This document shows positions 63,601 to 64,000 of a stretch of 64,000 bases of DNA, one piece after another. The notes under the pieces are model-generated. The model searched no databases and was not told the origin of the DNA. It worked only from the letters and a program-made list of their open reading frames with translations. Both the position numbers and the translations under genes were made by a program. The stretch's first letter is position 1; the number at the start of each line of letters is the position of its first letter. The DNA is from Tubulanus polymorphus (Eukaryota > Animalia > Nemertea): assembly GCF_964204645.1 (NCBI RefSeq), contig NC_134025.1, positions 5,518,001 to 5,582,000 of the forward strand. The letters run 5' to 3'.

Positions 63601-64000
63601 TGAATATCAATCAATTCCTGATGCAAACTTGTACATTTTGAGACTATTATGCAGATACTTTGTAGCTTCGTAGCATAACTAGGATTTGCTTGAAGTTCTC
63701 AACAAGCTATGACCTCGGGGGCTCTCCAGGTACCACATCCACCACGATGTATATCTTATATCTTCACAAGTACTTTCAGTAGCAGGTAAAATCAACCACC
63801 AATCTGAGTGTTGAAGTTCAAGAATAGTGTATCGCACGGGTGAGCCACTTCCGTTCTGTTGGGCCTTCATCCTGGCAGTTGATCATCATGCTGGGAACAA
63901 CTTCCAAGAACTGTTTAGTAATTTTTCTCTCGGCGAAGACTGAAAACAATGTTTTTCGCTCTCGCATACGCCGGCACTCGAGTCATGTTCAACTGCCGAC

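Overview
Compact, AT-rich animal genomic DNA with many 70-130 nt spliceosomal introns, probably from an invertebrate (inference). Five genes can be reconstructed. (1) A CNPase-family 2H phosphodiesterase (- strand, 1091-2097) that appears to have a signal peptide and to lack both the N-terminal kinase-like domain and the CaaX tail. (2) A TMEM26-like gene (+, 4453-8690) with a GC-AG intron. (3) Axonemal dynein heavy chain DNAH7 (-, 11166-36314, about 63 coding exons) with an RFX X-box upstream. (4) Vault PARP4 (-, 37270-48417), whose catalytic Glu is replaced by Gln. (5) PWP1 (+, 49536-52657), head-to-head with PARP4. The first exon of an unidentified signal-peptide gene (53598-53726) is followed by more than 10 kb with no recognisable exon. 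Introns carry Harbinger-, piggyBac- and P-like MITEs, two palindromic P-type excision footprints with 7-bp target duplications, and a tandem duplication that created a new PARP4 exon. The most notable candidates are the putative secreted CNPase, the H-Y-Q PARP4 and the P-element footprints. All gene models were assembled by eye, without database searches.
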